A stretch of DNA of 64,000 nucleotides from Tubiluchus corallicola (Eukaryota; Animalia; Priapulida). Location of the stretch: NCBI GenBank assembly GCA_030141605.1, contig JAQGDQ010000263.1:116502-180501 (forward strand), in the 5' to 3' direction. The notes under the pieces were generated by a model, which was not told the origin of the DNA, ran no database searches, and saw only the letters and a program-made list of their open reading frames with translations. The translations under genes were made by a program, and so were the position numbers. This document shows positions 61,496 through 64,000 of the stretch, one piece after another (positions within the stretch are counted from its first letter, which is position 1; each line of letters opens with the position of its first letter).

Positions 61496-61885
61496 AATGC
61501 CGCGTGCAGACTACTAAGTTTTCTGTCGCAAAAGTGTGAACTGCTTTGCAAATTCCGGTAGGCAAGTTATTGCAAACTTTCCGACAGTTGCCGCGAGTTA
61601 ATTTCCTGCGAGTTACTGTCTAGTGTGAACGCCTCGGCGAGTTACTTGGCGAGCTGTTTGCAATAAAGAGAGAAGTGAGTCTTTCGCGCTAACTGTCGGA
61701 GAGTAGCTCGAAGCAAATTTTGCTCTCTAGTCTGAACACGAATGGGAGTTACTTTCCGAGGTAACGTGGCGAGAAAACTTGCTAGTCTGAACACGAATGG
61801 GAGTTACTTTCCGAGTTAACGTGGCAAGAAAACTTGCTAGTCTGAACACGAATGGGAGTTACTTCCGAGTTAACGTGGCGAGAAT
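61496..61885. mobile_element. MITE-like remnant with 55-bp terminal triplication
   Basis: cgtgcagactac at left is inverted relative to ctagtctgaacacg repeated at 61727, 61782, 61837. Confidence 0.5.
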
Positions 61886-62692
61886 AAATGCGCTTTAAAT
61901 GTGCTAAAAAGTAGTTGCCTAATTTGGAAAACATTGCTTTGAAGAGTTCTCGAATGTCATGCATCTAACCGAAACTTCAAATGAAACCTATTTCAAAATA
62001 AAAAGGTTGTCAAAACTCAAAAAAGGTTTATGAGTATTAACCTATATTTCTGGAAGCCACAGCTCCCTTCATCAGGTTACATAAAATTAATTACAGAATA
62101 CATATGTGATTCATACATAGTGATACATAGAATTCTAGGTGATTATTTTGATGTAACCTTATGAAAGGAGCAACGGTTTCCCGAAATAATAAACCTTGTT
62201 GTAATTAGCAACCTTTTTATTTTTATTATAGATACGCAACATCACTCATTAAATTTTAAAGTGAGATGTGTTAGATGGCATATCTTACACACTACAAACG
62301 GTTAGCCAACTTAATTCATCCCAGGTTTTTCATCACATCGAAATTATGTGGGGGGGGGCAATTTTTTAATAAACCGAATCAGGAAAACGTTACTTCCTAC
62401 CCACAGTAATTGCCTCCAGAAGATGCTTCGGTTGGTGGCATCTGTCTGCATGGCTAACGTGAAATTGCAGAAAATTTGATAAAATTGTACCAATACAACA
62501 ATTACCTGGCATTTGTAGATGTTATGGACTGCTGCAGCAGCCGTGACTCACAGAAATGACCATCAACCTGTAGCTAGGACATCAATTACCGAAACAAACG
62601 AAACATAATAGCCAAAAATCATGAGGCCAGAAACTGAATAACCTTTATCACTGTCCACAAGAAATTTACGATCATCTTTTATCTTAAGAGCC

Positions 62693-63150
62693 TATTTATT
62701 TATTTATTTATTTTATTCACACCAATAGTAAAATACAGTCTACAATAAAAACAATATAATATAAAACACGTTGACAAAAAACATACGAATAAAATATTTA
62801 CAAGAGTGTGGTAAAGATACAAAGTGATTAACTGTTTGCATGTGTCTATTGTGAACAAGGAATTTATGCAAGTTAACTTTATATAAGCGGCTTTTAAATA
62901 ACTTAATATTTTGTGCAGTTACGAGGGGTGCGCCATCAACATGTGCAGGCAATCAGTTCCAAATCACTACAACTAAATTTGAGAAAAATTGACGAAATGA
63001 TACTTCATCTGTTCGACGCACGGAAAGTTTCAGAGAATGATTTTGCCTTGTTCTATTGCAAGATACTCGCGTAAAAAAATTGTCAAAGTCAATATCAACT
63101 TCTCTATGAATAATTTCGTAGCATAAAGCTAAATCTTTCTGAATACTTCT
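62693..63150 (-). mobile_element. CR1 LINE 3' fragment
   Basis: Minus-strand DLALCYEIIH...RTRQNHSLKL...RQFFSNLVVVIWN*LPAHV...LFKSRLYK matches the CR1 ORF2 end (FFS.RVV..WN.LP..VV...FK.RL); (TAAA)n tail. Confidence 0.8.
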
Positions 63151-64000
63151 TGCCCGCCACGAGCAAGAACCCGGGGTAAACGGTCACACCCTCACCAACA
63201 TACCATGATGTCCAGTTTGTCCACATCATTTGGCTATACTGCGTAAATACGCCATTTTAGAAGAGAGTAAAAAGTTGTAGTTTCGAGCAATCATGACTGC
63301 TAATGTATCAAAAACGCAAGAAGTGAAGGAAAATTTGCTCAAAAGGTCAACCAAGTCTGTCATATTTCTGTGTTCTTTTCAACGTTTTGAAAACTTTCAG
63401 CCATTTCGGACAGACCAAACAAAGATGTGACTAAACACCCCAACCCAAGTCATATCTTTTACCAACACGTTGGCTCGACCGTGTACGCACGAAATATTTA
63501 ACTATTCCTAACCTGGGCCAATTTAAAGTAAGCGATGTCTTGCACTCCACTTTCACTATCTATGGGCTATAAAACAATCAAAGTTAACAATAACGAAATC
63601 CTTATTTATTATGACTTGTTTACAGGCAGGTGTGAGGGAATGGGAACACGTAGCCCATCTGTCTGACCCAGCTGCTTGATGGTCCATTAACAAGCCATAA
63701 ACTCATTAACAACAGGGTCTTAATAATAGTAATTAGAACAAGGTTGACATACTCAAAGTCACTCGGAAATACATGTGATTAGAGTGTTTGTGGTTTTTTT
63801 GGACAAAATAACAGTATTAGTCAGGTATTATTAGCAAACGCACACTAAGCAAACGGTCTATTAGTAATGAATTCTGTTTTTTATTTTTTAAATGGATTCC
63901 ATTTGGATTCTGGCGATAATTGCGCCATCCGTTCTGTTCCATCAAACAAATGGAAAAGCAGCGAAAGGACCTGTGTTCCTCTCTCTCTATATATAAAATT

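Noticed and set aside
62552-62567. 16-nt AG/GT-bounded micro-exon on the minus strand as a DH exon
   Set aside because: No DH similarity, weak polypyrimidine tract and wrong phase; likely chance.

Overview
AT-rich, repeat-dense genomic DNA from an invertebrate animal with spliceosomal GT-AG introns; no prokaryotic features, CRISPR arrays or rRNA/tRNA genes were seen. I reconstructed two convergent multi-exon genes by hand, and the splice phases match at every junction. (1) + strand, 2035..12121, 9 exons, 5'-incomplete: a membrane-anchored guanylyl cyclase with a NIT-like (nitrate/nitrite-sensing) extracellular region. It keeps both metal-binding Asp and the GTP-specifying Glu/Cys, but the catalytic Asn/Arg/Lys are replaced ([19 protein letters not shown]), resembling the half-site of a soluble-GC alpha subunit. 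(2) - strand, 15 shared exons at 16388..28433 (~1394 aa): an ARHGAP20-like PH-RA-RhoGAP protein with a long disordered tail ending in a PDZ ligand (ESYV). Its most 5' shared exon encodes the C-terminal helices of a DH/RhoGEF domain. The ~35 kb upstream region holds at least two long ATG-initiated phase-0 exons (33432..33995, 58091..58417) and several short candidates that could each splice onto this exon as alternative N-termini. The remainder is MITEs (TTAA/Kolobok-like, hAT, Tc1/pogo-like, unclassified), decayed LINE fragments and many mini/microsatellites, several derived from amplified transposon termini. All calls come from reading the sequence only; no database searches were run.
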